Below, piece by piece: positions 12,976 through 25,749 of a DNA stretch of 64,000 nt. The position numbers were made by a program, and so were the translations under genes. The notes beneath the pieces are model-generated. The model did not search any database. It worked only from the letters and a program-made list of their open reading frames with translations, and was not told the origin of the DNA. Source of the stretch: Batkoa obscura (Eukaryota); contig JASVEC010000028.1 of NCBI GenBank assembly GCA_030770535.1, forward strand, positions 124,001 through 188,000, in the 5' to 3' direction. How positions within the stretch are numbered: the stretch's first letter is position 1; each line of letters opens with the position of its first letter.

Positions 12976-14847
12976 ATGAAATTATACAACTATATTTTAT
13001 TAGGTGGTTTGGCATTACATTCTAATGTCAGTTCTCAGAATATAATTGAAGGGAGCACTGATCCTCAAGATTATTTATTCAAGCTAAATAATCAGACTGA
13101 ATTCATGAATTGGAGTAAGCAAGTAGAGCAGGCTGCCAAAGATATAGAGCGAAATGGAGGGAATAGCCGTATTGGGATATTTGATAAGGTATTGATGGTT
13201 TTATCTGGATTGTTTGTAAATGGAAAAGAAAAGCTAAAATGTGAAGCATGTAAAGTTGGCATAGGCGCTGGTGCACTAATTACTCATGTTCCATTTACTA
13301 AATCGGCAGTTATCTCAGCAGTTGGTGAGTTATGTCAAGTAGTTGCTAAACAGCCAAAGTCAGTTTGTGAAGGAATCGCTCATTCTACTGGTTCTGAAGT
13401 GTATGACGTCTTATATTCCATTAATAGAGACGACCCTTACGTTCGTCAGGTTGCTTGTGTTTCATTAGGCAACTTGTGTCCATTTCCAGACATCCCAGTC
13501 ACACCTTTAGCTTTACCAGCAAAAAAAGAGCCTCAAGTTAAAGAAAAAGAATCGAAAGATTTCAAATACGTATTGCATTTAAGTGACCTTCATTACGACC
13601 CAGACTATTTTGTTGGTGCTGAAGCTAATTGTAACAAACCAATTTGTTGCCAAAAGGACAGTAATAGCGACCTCAAAGATCAAACTGTCAAGAAACCAGC
13701 TGGTAAATGGGGTGATTATAAATGTGATGCTAATAAAGACTTGTTACAATCGTTATTAAAAAATGCTGTAAAAGTAACTAGTGAATATCCTTTAGAAATG
13801 ACTGTATTCACAGGTGATGTGCCAGCCCATGATTTTTGGAAGGAGAGTGTTGAACGTACTGAAAGTGTGGAGAAGGGAGCGTTCAATATATTAAGCAGTT
13901 ATCTAATACCAAGCAAGAATAAGTTATACCCTACTATTGGTAATCATGAAGCGGTACCAACTAATCAGTTTATGGTAGATGGAAAATCTGATAAAAAGTT
14001 CTTGAGGTTATATAACTTTTTATCCCAACAGTGGAAGGAATGGTTACCACAACAAGCTTTAAGTAGCATCCAAAGAAGTGGGTATTATTCAATTGAGCAC
14101 AATAGTGATTTAAAAATAATATCCTTAAATAATAATTTATGTTATATGTTTAATTTCCAATTATTCTTAGATCCATCTAACTCAGATGTAAACAATATGC
14201 TAAAATGGTTTATTGGGGAATTAGATCAATCAGAAAAGAAGGGCCAAAAGGTATACATTGTATCTCATGTATCCCCTGGATCAATTGATTGCTTTAAACA
14301 TTGGTCATTGCAATATAATTTAATCATTCAAAGATACTACTCAACTATTAGTGCGCAATTCTTTGGCCATGAGCACTCTGACACTTTTGAAATTAATTAT
14401 ATTTCAAATAAACCAAAAACTGTCGATAATGCTATCTCCAACTCTTATTTAGCACCTTCTATGTCCACTTTGGGTGGTCATAACCCATCGTTTAGAATTT
14501 ACAAAGTTGACGCATCAAACTACAAGGTAGTCGATTATTTCCATTATTCTGCTGATTTGAAAGAAGCTTCAAAATGGACTAATGATATGGAATGGAAATT
14601 ATTATACACTGCTAGAGATACTTACAATCCAAGCTATACTGGTAAATATCTAGATTCTAAATTCTGGCATAACATTACTAGTCAAATGGAAACAAATGAT
14701 AATCTCTTTAACAAGTATTATCAGTTAAGAAACTCAAATGGTGCTCAACAAGAAGCATGTGATAAAAAGTGTAGAGAAAGACATATCTGTAACTTAAGAG
14801 CAGGGTATTCTGGTGATTCATGTGCACAAAAAGTACCATTTTCATAA
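12976..14847 (+). CDS. Secreted acid sphingomyelinase-like phosphodiesterase (saposin B plus metallophosphoesterase), paralog A
   Basis: ATG at 12976 gives a signal peptide. Saposin cysteines (CEAC...LCQ...VCEG...ACVSLGNLCP); metal motifs SDLHYD, TGDVPAHD, GNHE, SH and GHEH. Confidence 0.93.
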   Translation: MKLYNYILLGGLALHSNVSSQNIIEGSTDPQDYLFKLNNQTEFMNWSKQVEQAAKDIERNGGNSRIGIFDKVLMVLSGLFVNGKEKLKCEACKVGIGAGALITHVPFTKSAVISAVGELCQVVAKQPKSVCEGIAHSTGSEVYDVLYSINRDDPYVRQVACVSLGNLCPFPDIPVTPLALPAKKEPQVKEKESKDFKYVLHLSDLHYDPDYFVGAEANCNKPICCQKDSNSDLKDQTVKKPAGKWGDYKCDANKDLLQSLLKNAVKVTSEYPLEMTVFTGDVPAHDFWKESVERTESVEKGAFNILSSYLIPSKNKLYPTIGNHEAVPTNQFMVDGKSDKKFLRLYNFLSQQWKEWLPQQALSSIQRSGYYSIEHNSDLKIISLNNNLCYMFNFQLFLDPSNSDVNNMLKWFIGELDQSEKKGQKVYIVSHVSPGSIDCFKHWSLQYNLIIQRYYSTISAQFFGHEHSDTFEINYISNKPKTVDNAISNSYLAPSMSTLGGHNPSFRIYKVDASNYKVVDYFHYSADLKEASKWTNDMEWKLLYTARDTYNPSYTGKYLDSKFWHNITSQMETNDNLFNKYYQLRNSNGAQQEACDKKCRERHICNLRAGYSGDSCAQKVPFS

Positions 14848-14953
14848 AATAAATGTTATTTATTTTTGATTTTGAAGCAACTTTCTTCAACTCTAAATAA
14901 CTATTATACCTCAATATATTATTGTTTTTCTATTTATCTTTTATGCTTTAACT

Positions 14954-15082
14954 TTTAATATAGTTTAATACAATTTAATATAATTTAATATAGTTTAATA
15001 TAGTTTAATACAATTTAATATAATTTAATATAGTTTAATATAGTTTAATATAGCTTAATATAGTTTAATATAGTTTAATATA
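14954..15082. repeat. Minisatellite with a 10 bp unit (TTTAATATAG), about 13 copies
   Basis: Directly visible tandem array with variants TTTAATACAA and TTTAATATAA. Confidence 0.95.
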
Positions 15083-15110
15083 AATCAACTCTTTAATGTA
15101 AGGCAATATT

Positions 15111-15209
15111 GGGGATGTATTTTTTTGTTTAAGAATTTTACTAACAACTTTTCCACTCAAATAGCGCTTAAAAAATAAAAAAAGTGATGAAACCAAAAAA
15201 AACACCCCC
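15111..15209 (-). mobile_element. ~100 bp minimal TIR element (reverse orientation)
   Basis: GGGGATGTATTTTT...CCACTCAAATAGCGCTT...AAAACACCCCC|ATAT. Left flank is ATATT. Confidence 0.85.
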
Positions 15210-15268
15210 ATATCATAAAGCTAGAGGATATAGTACCTTATGATATCTTGGAGTACAAAGGACCATAT

Positions 15269-15367
15269 GGGGATGTATTTTATTGTTTAAGAATTTCACT
15301 AATAATCTTTCCGCTGAAATAGCGCTCAAAAAATGGAAAAAATAATGAAGCCAAAAAAAACACCTCC
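15269..15367 (-). mobile_element. ~100 bp minimal TIR element (reverse orientation)
   Basis: ATAT|GGGGATGTATTTT...AAATAGCGCTC...AAAACACCTCC|ATAT. Confidence 0.87.
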
Positions 15368-18300
15368 ATATAATCTAACATAAAAACCAAACTTATTAGT
15401 AATGACAAAGCTCTATAGTAACTTTCCAGTTAATTTTCTTCATAATTAATAATAATATACAATATTAAAACTTTTGTAGAAATTATATCATATTGTTTAT
15501 TAGTCAAAAAAATTAAACATAAAAGGCGATAGTTATATTGTAACCTAATATTTCCAATACTTTTTGGTTGATGAGCTAAATATTAAATATATTATATCAT
15601 ACTATTATATAGTTAAGAGCATTATAATTTATAAAATTATAAAAATTAAATTACATTTATAATTATAAAAAAAGACAAAAATTTCAAGTTGAATAACGTA
15701 AGGTTTATATCATTCATAACACTCAAAGCTCTAAATCAGCTATCTTAAGACTGCTAAAGTGTGGATAGTTTTCATTGCTCTGTTCCCAGCCTCATGCAGT
15801 ACCTATCTCATTAAAGACCTGGTTATTTAAACTTACGTTATAATGACCATGCCTACACCATGCTCCTTAAGACTGATAAATTACCGTTTATAAACTTTAT
15901 AAATACCAATATTACCCTTCTTGAGATCAACTCTACCATAAGCAGTAGTTATAGATTAGTGCAACCTAATCCAGTTAATATATATATTTTTGGTTTTTTT
16001 TAGTGGGACAACTTTTTACTAAGAATATTAATTGTGGGTTTAACTAGGTTCTTACAAAAGTTAATCACATATCAGTTTTATATGAAAATCAAAACTATAA
16101 ATAAAATTAATATTGTTTTTCACTTAAAGCTAATAGTTATAATAATTCTATTGAACTTTTAATTCAGATAAATAAAGCATGTTTTGAAACAAAAATTTAC
16201 TATTAGCTTGTTCAACTTTTGAGTTTAAAAAATAAAAAAACGGCAAAAATACAGTCCTATGTAAAAACGTAAAATCTGTTATGCAAATAGCGCAATGATA
16301 TAAATAATAAATTTATTTTAGATAACAAAAGCGAGTTCTTTTTATTTTTTTATTTTATATTTGCTTAAGCTGGTTTATTAAATGTTGCTTTACTTTGATA
16401 GCGCCCATACCTCAAGAAACTAACACGCGACTTTTTAAGTACTAAAGTGGCTGTAGTATATTCAACCTTACGTGAGTAACTCAATACTTCTATATCATAA
16501 TGATCGTTGTTGGTACCAAAAATATTCGTTAGATTATTAACAATAGACTCAGCAATAATTTTTTTGGGATTTTTGTTTAATTGCATCTATAAGTGTAAAT
16601 TTTATGATTCCTGTTATTAAAAGAGCTACGCCTATTCCTCCTAAATGGCCTCCAATCAATCGTTGATTCAAGTCCACAGCTATTATTAATACTATAGTTA
16701 TTCATTGGTACTATTGATTTGTATCATACACTTACCTATAACATAAGTATTAGAAATGTACCATCAGTTTGTTGTCCTGGTTAAATGTCAAGTATTTGAA
16801 GCCTATTTATGCTTTGGGGTGTAATTCGACCATTGCTAAATCTGTACTAAGTTCTTTAGTTTGTTACTTTAATTCAAATTTATATAAAAAGAGTTCATCG
16901 AATGATCGTTATCGTGAGCGAGACATCTGTTAGTATGAGATCAAATAGCTATGTTTAACATTTTGAGATTAATGAGTTCGAAGTGGATTTCGTAAAGTGT
17001 ATTATTGAGGAAATATTAATCCATAATTCAGATTTTACAAGTAAAATAAATGCAGTTTACTATTTCTAATAAACAATTTACACGCAGTAGTACTTTTTCA
17101 CTTTATGTGTTATTTTTCTTTCTTTCTATTTAATACTGAAAGTGCTTGCTTTGTTCTGAAATTGGTAAATGAATATGATTACTAGCGATTTCACTTATAA
17201 AACTTTACCACTCTCCAAAATGCAGAATCTATGTTGTACACAAATCCGCCATTTTCTAACCATGAAGATAAAATAAATTTTTTACTCAAATTGGCAGTAA
17301 TAGCATTACTGAAAAAGACAAATTTAAAAACAGGCTGCTTTACTTTGTCCACTTTTTTAGAAAACAATTTTAATTTAAATGGGTTTTAAATTATTCTCTG
17401 ATTTTAGCCATATTTAGTTATTTGACTTATTACGCTTATTTTTTGACAATGATTTTCATAGTGCTATAATTGATATCACTATAACATTAATAATGCAATT
17501 TATCATAGAAAGTAAGTATATTTATCTACAAAACAAAGCTTTTAAAGCTACAAGCTAAAATAAGTAATAAGATTTTACGATAAATGGTATTAAACATGGA
17601 AAATAAACAAATTAAAATAATACACAAAATATAAAATATAAAATATAAAATGGTTGGTAATGCGTTGTTTATTTGAAAAATCTACGATAGTATGAATTGT
17701 CGGCATATATCCAATTAATAAAGATATAGTCACCATCAAGGATGATATTATAACCTTCATAGTGGCAACCCCCGCTGTTCCCTTTATTGTATCTTTCAGT
17801 ATTTGTAATCAGAACAAAGGGATAATACAAAAGGAAGAATAAAATATAAAGTAGTGATTGGTTAAACAAATCTCATATTTGATTAAATTGACAATGTAAA
17901 ATAAATACGTATTTGAAGATTTATAATATAAGCTATACATAAAATCCATTGTCATTTTTAAAAGAGCCTAAAGTGGGGTAGGGTAATAGTTATATATAGA
18001 TATTATTATAAGGCAAATTAAACATATGCTATAATATTATTTATAACTAGTAAATATTTATTTGATATTCTATAAATTATAGTTACCAAAAATGAGTAAG
18101 ATAAGATAAGATCATTTGAATAAGTGGTTTTTAAAAATAAACGTAAAAGCGTTTATGAAATACTATTTTGAAAGCATGGTTTGACTTGTAACTAGTTTTT
18201 TCTAATATGAATTTAAAGTTTACAGTTTTATATATCAAATTCATACTAAAAACATTATTTACAAATCAAAAACAGCAAAAGAAAAACTACAAGCTATTCT

Positions 18301-18710
18301 GGTAAAATCACTAATTAGCCAAATAGAAAGTCTTTTTTTGGGTAGGATTTAAGGCTCGATTTGATCTTAACTATCAGTTATTTTAAAATAAAAATGCTTT
18401 TAAGTATCCTATTAATAGCACTTAAGGAATTTTAATGATCATATGACCATATTTTATTTTATTCCTAATCCATGAATACGTCCTTTGACAATTAATCTGA
18501 TCAACTATTGTTCAAATTCCAAGCTTAAAAAATGAAAAAACATTATATAATATAATAATGTGCCTATTCAATATAATAAAACATTTTTTGTTTTATTTAA
18601 TAGATATAGACAGATAATGATATGAATTTTAGAATATTTATGATGCTATTAAAATAATATTTCATTTTGAAAATTAAATCTATATGTTAATTTTTTAAAA
18701 AAGAGGATAT

Positions 18711-18811
18711 GGGGGTGTTTTTTTTTTATTTCATTACTTTTTCCATTTTTTAAGCGTTATTTAGGTGGAAAGGCTATCAGTAAAATTCATAAACAAAAAA
18801 ATACATCCAAC
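18711..18811 (+). mobile_element. ~100 bp minimal TIR element
   Basis: ATAT|GGGGGTGTTTTT...AAGCGTTATTTAGGTGG...AATACATCCAAC|ATAT. Confidence 0.85.
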
Positions 18812-19172
18812 ATATGTTAAACGGTGGTAGTTAAATATTTTATAAAGTTACAACTAATAAATGAGCCTTTAAAAATTAAATCATTGTACAAACATAGAAT
18901 CATATTTTTAATTATTAGTTTATCTATTATGCTTTGAACTTTGAGCTTAAAAGTGAATAAATCTTTTAAATCGTTGTTGTATACTTTATATATATCATAA
19001 TTCAAATAGTATGTTTGAGAATCAAACCTTATATTATATAATACAAGTACTTTGGTAATTCAAATAGTTGTTCTGTTTGCTTTTTAATATTGTATGTAAA
19101 AATCAAATTAATAGAATAATAAATAAATGAATTAATAAATGAAAAAATATTTTAATTAAACATTAGAATGAA

Positions 19173-21218
19173 TTAACAGCTTGTAGGGTCATTATCAGGG
19201 CAGGCAAATCCGGTTGCATAAATAGTTTGGTCTAACTTGGCAATATTAAATATAGCTTGAATAACTCCACCAATACCTTCACCAGCAATTAAACCAGAAG
19301 CTAAAGCAATACCAATCAATTTCCATTGAGTAGGGTTAACCTTATTCCATGTAAAGGCAATAAGGGCACCGATTAAATTAGCTAATGGGATATTGGCATC
19401 TTTGTTAACAAAAGCAACTCCAATGGCATTCCAGTTAGGAATATACTGAGCGTATTTCTTTAGTATTGTATTCTTTAAGATAGTTGTAATGATAGTTAAT
19501 AGTCCGAATACTAAACATGCTATTCTACATGATGGTGGTACATGTTTACCAATATCATCAGTAAGGGCAACTGCAACACCTTGCCAGGCAGCAACAGCAG
19601 GTGCAGGGAATTCACATTTAGTTATAGTATCGTCAAGGATACAAGGATAAGCAGTAGCAAAGACCATAAACAATACAACGCCAACAATGATACCAAATAT
19701 AGTACCAACTAATTGAGCATAAAATTGAGATTTTGGAGAAGCTTTAAGTAAATGACCAGTCTTTAAATCACCAACCATATCAACAGCTTGAGAAGCACAA
19801 GCAGATGAAATATTACCAGCAATTAAATTATGGGTTTGTGCGATTTGAATAGTTGGAGCTGGAATAGCAGCAAACACAAATTGAGAAGCTTTACCAATTA
19901 CACCAGTAGGATTGATATCAGTTTCACCTGAGGATTGACAGCCGATAAATGAAAAAACAAATCCTAAAATACCAGCTAAAATACCAGCACCAACACTCAT
20001 ATCAAAGTAGAAATAACAAACTAAAATAGTCATGATAAAACTTAATAATAATCCAACTACCCACATCCATGTAACAATTTGCTCATCTTTTGGTACTGGA
20101 TCATCGTTTGAAATACCTTCATATTCAATACGTTTAAGTGGGGTAATTCTTGCAAGCAAGTTATTCAATTGAATGAAACCTCCTTTAATACTATTCCATA
20201 AGGACTTATATTGCATAAGTAATTCAGTGAATGAAGCGCAGATCATAATGACAATACCAATCCATAACATCCAAAATTGAACACGAGTACCGTCTTTGCT
20301 ATTACCAAATGGCTTATCATGCATAACATCTGGAACATCAGAATAAAATAAAGCTGGGCCAATTATACCCCATGCTAATAAATCTCCAAAAAAGAATGAA
20401 ATAGCAGTATTCATTCCTACCATCATACCTGCACCAAAGAAAGCAGTAGTTAATTGTAAATACCATCCCCATGTTACATCGATATCAAATAATACTTGAC
20501 TATTAGCTGCTGTAGAAATCCAATATAACGGATGTAATCCAACAATGAATGGTACAAAATAAGAGACGGCCTTATATATTGTACTTACTACAAAAGACCA
20601 TAAGATCCATTTAGCTTGGACCATGGCATCGGAAGAACCATCAGTATGAAGGGAACGAATTGTTAAAGCAGCAGCAGTACATGAAGGGAAAATTAAATTT
20701 CGTTGAATGACAAAGTACCTTCTTAATGGGATAGCATAAAACAAACCAAAAAAAGCGGCAGCAAAAGTCCATAAGAAGAACATACCCCAACATTCAGATA
20801 ATGGAGGTAATAAACCTAACCTGAACATAGCAGGAACACCAGCAACAAAACCAGCGGATAAACCACCGGAAGCAGTTGCGGCTGTTTGTACGGTACAATT
20901 TTCTTTCATACCAAATTTACCACCACCTAAATAAGATGGTAATTTTTCCATCGATTTAATAATGGCAAAACCTAAGATAGCACCAAATAAAGCACTACCG
21001 AATGTCCATCCGGATTTTAATCCAAGATATTGATTACTTGCTGCAACAATACAGCCTAATAAGGAACCTACAATAACACCACGCCATGTAAATTGGGTGT
21101 CAATACCATCATCTGGGAAGTTGTGATAATCGTCGCTTTCTATACTAGGAGCATCTTGTTTTATGCTATACTTTTCAATGTCTTTATCCAAATCGAAATC
21201 TTTCTCATTAGGACTCAT
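19173..21218 (-). CDS. OPT-superfamily transporter (YSL-like clade)
   Basis: 681 aa with many hydrophobic segments. Motifs FTWRG..VG...G...AASNQYLGLKSGW, ENCTVQTAA, FPS..AAA, DLKTGHLL and ASGLIAGEG. Confidence 0.93.
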   Translation of the reverse strand: MSPNEKDFDLDKDIEKYSIKQDAPSIESDDYHNFPDDGIDTQFTWRGVIVGSLLGCIVAASNQYLGLKSGWTFGSALFGAILGFAIIKSMEKLPSYLGGGKFGMKENCTVQTAATASGGLSAGFVAGVPAMFRLGLLPPLSECWGMFFLWTFAAAFFGLFYAIPLRRYFVIQRNLIFPSCTAAALTIRSLHTDGSSDAMVQAKWILWSFVVSTIYKAVSYFVPFIVGLHPLYWISTAANSQVLFDIDVTWGWYLQLTTAFFGAGMMVGMNTAISFFFGDLLAWGIIGPALFYSDVPDVMHDKPFGNSKDGTRVQFWMLWIGIVIMICASFTELLMQYKSLWNSIKGGFIQLNNLLARITPLKRIEYEGISNDDPVPKDEQIVTWMWVVGLLLSFIMTILVCYFYFDMSVGAGILAGILGFVFSFIGCQSSGETDINPTGVIGKASQFVFAAIPAPTIQIAQTHNLIAGNISSACASQAVDMVGDLKTGHLLKASPKSQFYAQLVGTIFGIIVGVVLFMVFATAYPCILDDTITKCEFPAPAVAAWQGVAVALTDDIGKHVPPSCRIACLVFGLLTIITTILKNTILKKYAQYIPNWNAIGVAFVNKDANIPLANLIGALIAFTWNKVNPTQWKLIGIALASGLIAGEGIGGVIQAIFNIAKLDQTIYATGFACPDNDPTSC

Positions 21219-23622
21219 AGTTATATTTTTTTGTTGAAACTTTTAATTTTATTTTTTTTAAACTTTTGGACTTATATACTTTCGGTTAGATTATTTAAAT
21301 TCCCTTGATTCTATTTTATTTTTTTGTTCCAAATTTGGTAGATTTTTTATTTAATTTCAAAATTTTTCACCTGATCCATTTTATCAATGGTTATTCTTTT
21401 ATTGATTTCGATAAGAGCTAAGAAATGATGGCGTTTGAACGCATATTCGATATAAAACATGAGCTACCTATATGAAAGATATATACTCAATAGTAGAGAC
21501 ATATTGGGAGCTATAGTTAAGTATATAAATCCTATTATGTTGTTTTATAAATGCCTAAATATTTATGCTATTTGATTCAAAATCATACAATGATCAGTTG
21601 AATATATAATAGATTAAGAAATTAGTAATTGGGGACATAAAGCAATTTAACTTAAATAATATCATACTGTTCTTAAATCTAGCTTATTTTACTACTCCTT
21701 TCTATATAAGTGGTGAATTGATTTTCTTAAAATTCCCAATTTCGAGAAAATCTCATTCTGAGTCAGTATTTAGTAATAAATTAAAGAAATATTCTCTTCT
21801 CCGTTTATTCTTGTTAGTCAAAATGTTATTATATTAATAATATCATGTTAATATATTATATATGTATATATCTACTATTTATTATATAGAAATAAAATGG
21901 ATTATAATTTATTAATTCAATGTAATTTGACTATAATATTTTTGAATCAAATGATCGTATTTAATTAACAATTTTATTAAAGTAGTATTCACTATTTATA
22001 ATTTTTTGGTCATGCTCTTAATTTTTCGATATGAGGTTCCACTAACAATTCACCTTAATTCTAAAAGAAGCTTAGAATGCATTGTTATCTTCAACATTTT
22101 CAAATTTATCGGTAATAAATCGCAAGTTATATCATTTTGGGATACAAAAGGGTTAGATGATCCTTAAATAAGTAAGGCGCACCGTCAAGATAAAGATTCT
22201 ATAAGTGAAAAATAATTAATTACACTTATAAATAAATAAATAAAGGTTCTCAATGAAAATAATTATTTAAAAAGATTAAAAATTATTTTATAGCATTTGA
22301 GTAAATTTATTACTAATAGCTTTCAAGCTTTAACAACCATAATTAGATCAGTCTAATTCTTTGTTTACGTATATATTGTGAAGAAGTTGCCTAATAAAGA
22401 TTATTTTTGGAATAGCTGCATTTTAAAAAATTCTTGAAGGTATAAAGAGTAAGTGATATATTGTCTAAATAAAGATTATTTAGAGAAACTATGAAAAACA
22501 ATCCAAGGAAATATTAGGCAAAATATTACGAAGGACTTGACACAGGAGCTTTATTCACACATATATATATATATTGGTTTTTAAAAGTCATCAATATGGC
22601 AAAAGTGCTCTCTTGTATGAATAGATCTTCAACTTACCGTAGTTGAGAGAAGATTAATAAATAATCATCAACCACATATGAAAATGAAATTATGGATATA
22701 AACAACTGATATAGTTGATTTGAATTAGAGTATAATATTAACATCAATGAGTATGAAAATATTGCCAAGGTTTACTATGAAACCCATCGGCCAATATAAA
22801 TTTATATTTAACATAGCTACGATGCTATTTAAGTGCTAATAGAAATGTATTTTTGTATATAATTTAGATAAATTTATGAACCTCGCACATAAGTGAATAG
22901 GCAGAATAAGCATTCGAAAGATATTATATACTTTGAACATTTTAAACATAGGGACACTATTATTATTGTTTCATACAAAAGTAATATATACTCGAACAAC
23001 TTTAACTTTATATGTAATTTTTTATAATGATGCCCTTTATATAGGTGAGATAAATAAAATACCACAAACAATGTTTACAGTGGTGATAGAGCTTTCATCT
23101 TTTAATAATCAAACAAAATAATACAATTTTTTTAAATATAGTTACAATTAATCCAACACAATCATATTGATATAAAAAAATGTTAATTCAAAATAAAAAA
23201 CTAAATATAATAGTTTATTTTAAGATTATAAAACTGTAAAAAATATTTGTCAAAGTATTAAGTGAAAGTAAATTATAATATATAAAATAATCTTTAATTT
23301 TGAACCTTTCAAATTTTATCAACTAAGATTGTAGACTATATCATATTGTTTAGAATTTTTACTATTATCACTTTAATATAACAATTGAAAAAATAATTTT
23401 TTTAGTTAAATTTAAGCATTATTGAAAAATTAGCTATTATTTAAGACATGTATATGTCTTCTTTGATTTTAATTATTTGTTCATTTTTTATATAATGAAA
23501 TTGTTAAATAATTTATTAGTAGAATTCTAGACAAAGGCAAGCCCAAGTAGATTAGAACATAAAATACGAAAGCTGAAAATTACTGTGCTTCTTGCAAAAA
23601 GATATATAGTTTATTATTATAT

Positions 23623-23719
23623 GGGGATGTATTTTTATGTTTGAGAATTTTACTAACAGTTTTTCCGCTCAAATAGTGCTTAAAAGATGGAAAAAGTAAT
23701 GAAGCCAAAAAACACTCCC
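23623..23719 (-). mobile_element. ~100 bp minimal TIR element abutting the large Sola2-like copy
   Basis: ATAT|GGGGATGTATTTTT...AAACACTCCC|ATAT|GGGGGTGTCCG. The right ATAT is also the left flank of the large element. Confidence 0.88.
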
Positions 23720-24103
23720 ATATGGGGGTGTCCGAATTGGTTTCATTTTTTTATCCAATTTTTAAATATTTATATTTTGAAAACTTGCTTAAAATTCTAT
23801 AAAAATAAATTCTTTATTAAAAGCCAAAAGTACCCGACACAGTTTTAAATTATTTTGTTATAATTTATATTGTTAATTAGCGGAATTTTTATTAAATTTA
23901 ATATAAACTTCTGGATTAGCAAAGATTTTACTAATGTAGCTTGTATAGTGATATTAGTCAAAGTTGTAATATGTAAATAAATATATACTTTCATATAACT
24001 TTATTAACAAATATTTATCATTAACTGTTTTATATTCAACACTGCAGATTTGCTATCAAATGAATAAATTATTTTAATGTTATAATTACATTATTAATAT
24101 ATC

Positions 24104-24245
24104 GCTAAGTTAATAAATAGCTGCATAGGAGGGAGTGGTTAGCCCCAAAACTATAATTAACCATCCCTATGTAACACAAGCAGTGTAATGATAGTTTTTA
24201 CTTATCATTACAACTACTTGCTCTTTGACTATTTATTAACTTAGC
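24104..24245 (-). other. Predicted three-way-junction structured element in the transposon 3' region (copy B)
   Basis: Perfect 17 bp inverted repeat GCTAAGTTAATAAATAG / CTATTTATTAACTTAGC enclosing two hairpins. Confidence 0.65.
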
Positions 24246-25287
24246 TATTATTAATTTAAGTAATATCAACATTTAATAGTTGATTTCTATCATCTAATAA
24301 GCTACTTACTTGCTTACTAAATATTGAAACTTTTAAATTCTCAGTTATTTTTGTAAGATAAGCTGGGGTTGACCTTTTAATTTTTCTATCCTCTATAGAC
24401 TCTATAACTTTAATTGGAATTATATCACTTTTTTTGATCTATCAGATACTGGATAACAGTGTAGTTTATTATTACGTTTAATAAAATGTAAATACTTTTT
24501 AATACCTTTTATTTTTATTATTTTTTCTATATCTTTGTTTCTTTCATACTTTTTAAAAATTATATTTATTTGCCCATTATTGACAGTTGAGTTATTAAAT
24601 CTATTATTTTCACAAACAAAAATCACAAATTTTGAAATTAATTGATCAATATCTTCTATTTTACCTAATGCTTCAAGATTATTTTTCCACTATGAAAGAT
24701 TTCCAAAATGCCCGTCAACTATACTTTTTCCATGATGCTCAGCAAAAAAATTAAGGTCAATATTTAAACTACTATTTATTTTATAAATTTCTTCAAATAC
24801 ATAATGTAAAAACTCTTGAGATTTAAAATGATATCCTGTATCTGCCCATATATTAATTTTTGTAGACTTTTTAAACAAAGGCTTTTTAGATATTAAATCA
24901 ATTAAACGATCTCCTGCATATGCTGAATCATGATTTAGTATTTCAGATAAATAATCAAAATAAACTTTGCCTATTGTTTTATCATTTTTTAAATACAAAA
25001 CGCCAAACCCTAATACTGATATAGCTTGTTTGTTAAAATGATCTAAGTTTATTGGATCTGATCTTGTTCCTATTTCCATATTTTGTTTAAAGTCTAAAAT
25101 TATTATACAACTTCTATTATTTAATTTTTCAATAGTTTCATTAAGTATATTTTTTTGAGTATCAACACAAAATTCATGTAATTTATATAACCTTTTTTCT
25201 TTATTAAAAGATTCCTGTATCTCTGCTTTATTTTCTGTCGCTGTATTTATTTTATTTTCAAATAACTTTTTTCTAACTGTATACTGG

Positions 25288-25749
25288 TGTGAAAGTTGAT
25301 ACTCAAGGGTCGGAGTTAAAAGCTACTCTTGCTTAATTAACTTGCCTTGAGTCGAACGGTCTTAGTTTATATAACTAAGATAGACTTAACTTAATAGAAA
25401 TAGTACGTAATAAGCTACGAATTATGTAAACAAATACAATGGGAGATATTACCGTAAAATCTATATCAGATGTTGTCAGAAAGACTTAGTGACTTTATTA
25501 ATGATACGTTATCAGGGAGTAATCCAATTAAAAAAGCCTCGAGTTATCATGTTGAAGGATCTCTTTTATACTCCAATAAGTATGGATATTAAAAGGAGAT
25601 AATATTGTTTGCAATATGAAGTTAGAAATTCTCGCAGCAAATCAAAATAAGGGACTCGGGCTTGATTGTGTTTGAACTTGAGAACACAACAACTTAAGTG
25701 ATTGTTGTGTTATAATCAATCTGAGAGCTAAATAAAGCAATATTTCACA
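25288..25749 (-). mobile_element. Solo LTR (462 bp) inside Sola2-like copy B
   Basis: TGTGAAA...TTTCACA ends, homologous to 44867-45223, and interrupts the transposase alignment. The minus strand has TATAAAAG followed by AATAAA. No target duplication. Confidence 0.75.

Noticed and set aside
14954..15082. CRISPR-like or telomeric array
   Set aside because: Contiguous 10 bp AT-rich units without spacers, in an internal eukaryotic context; an ordinary minisatellite.
16365..17870. Possible multi-exon gene remnant on the minus strand
   Set aside because: Splice-like signals exist, but I could not assemble a stop-free model or identify a family.
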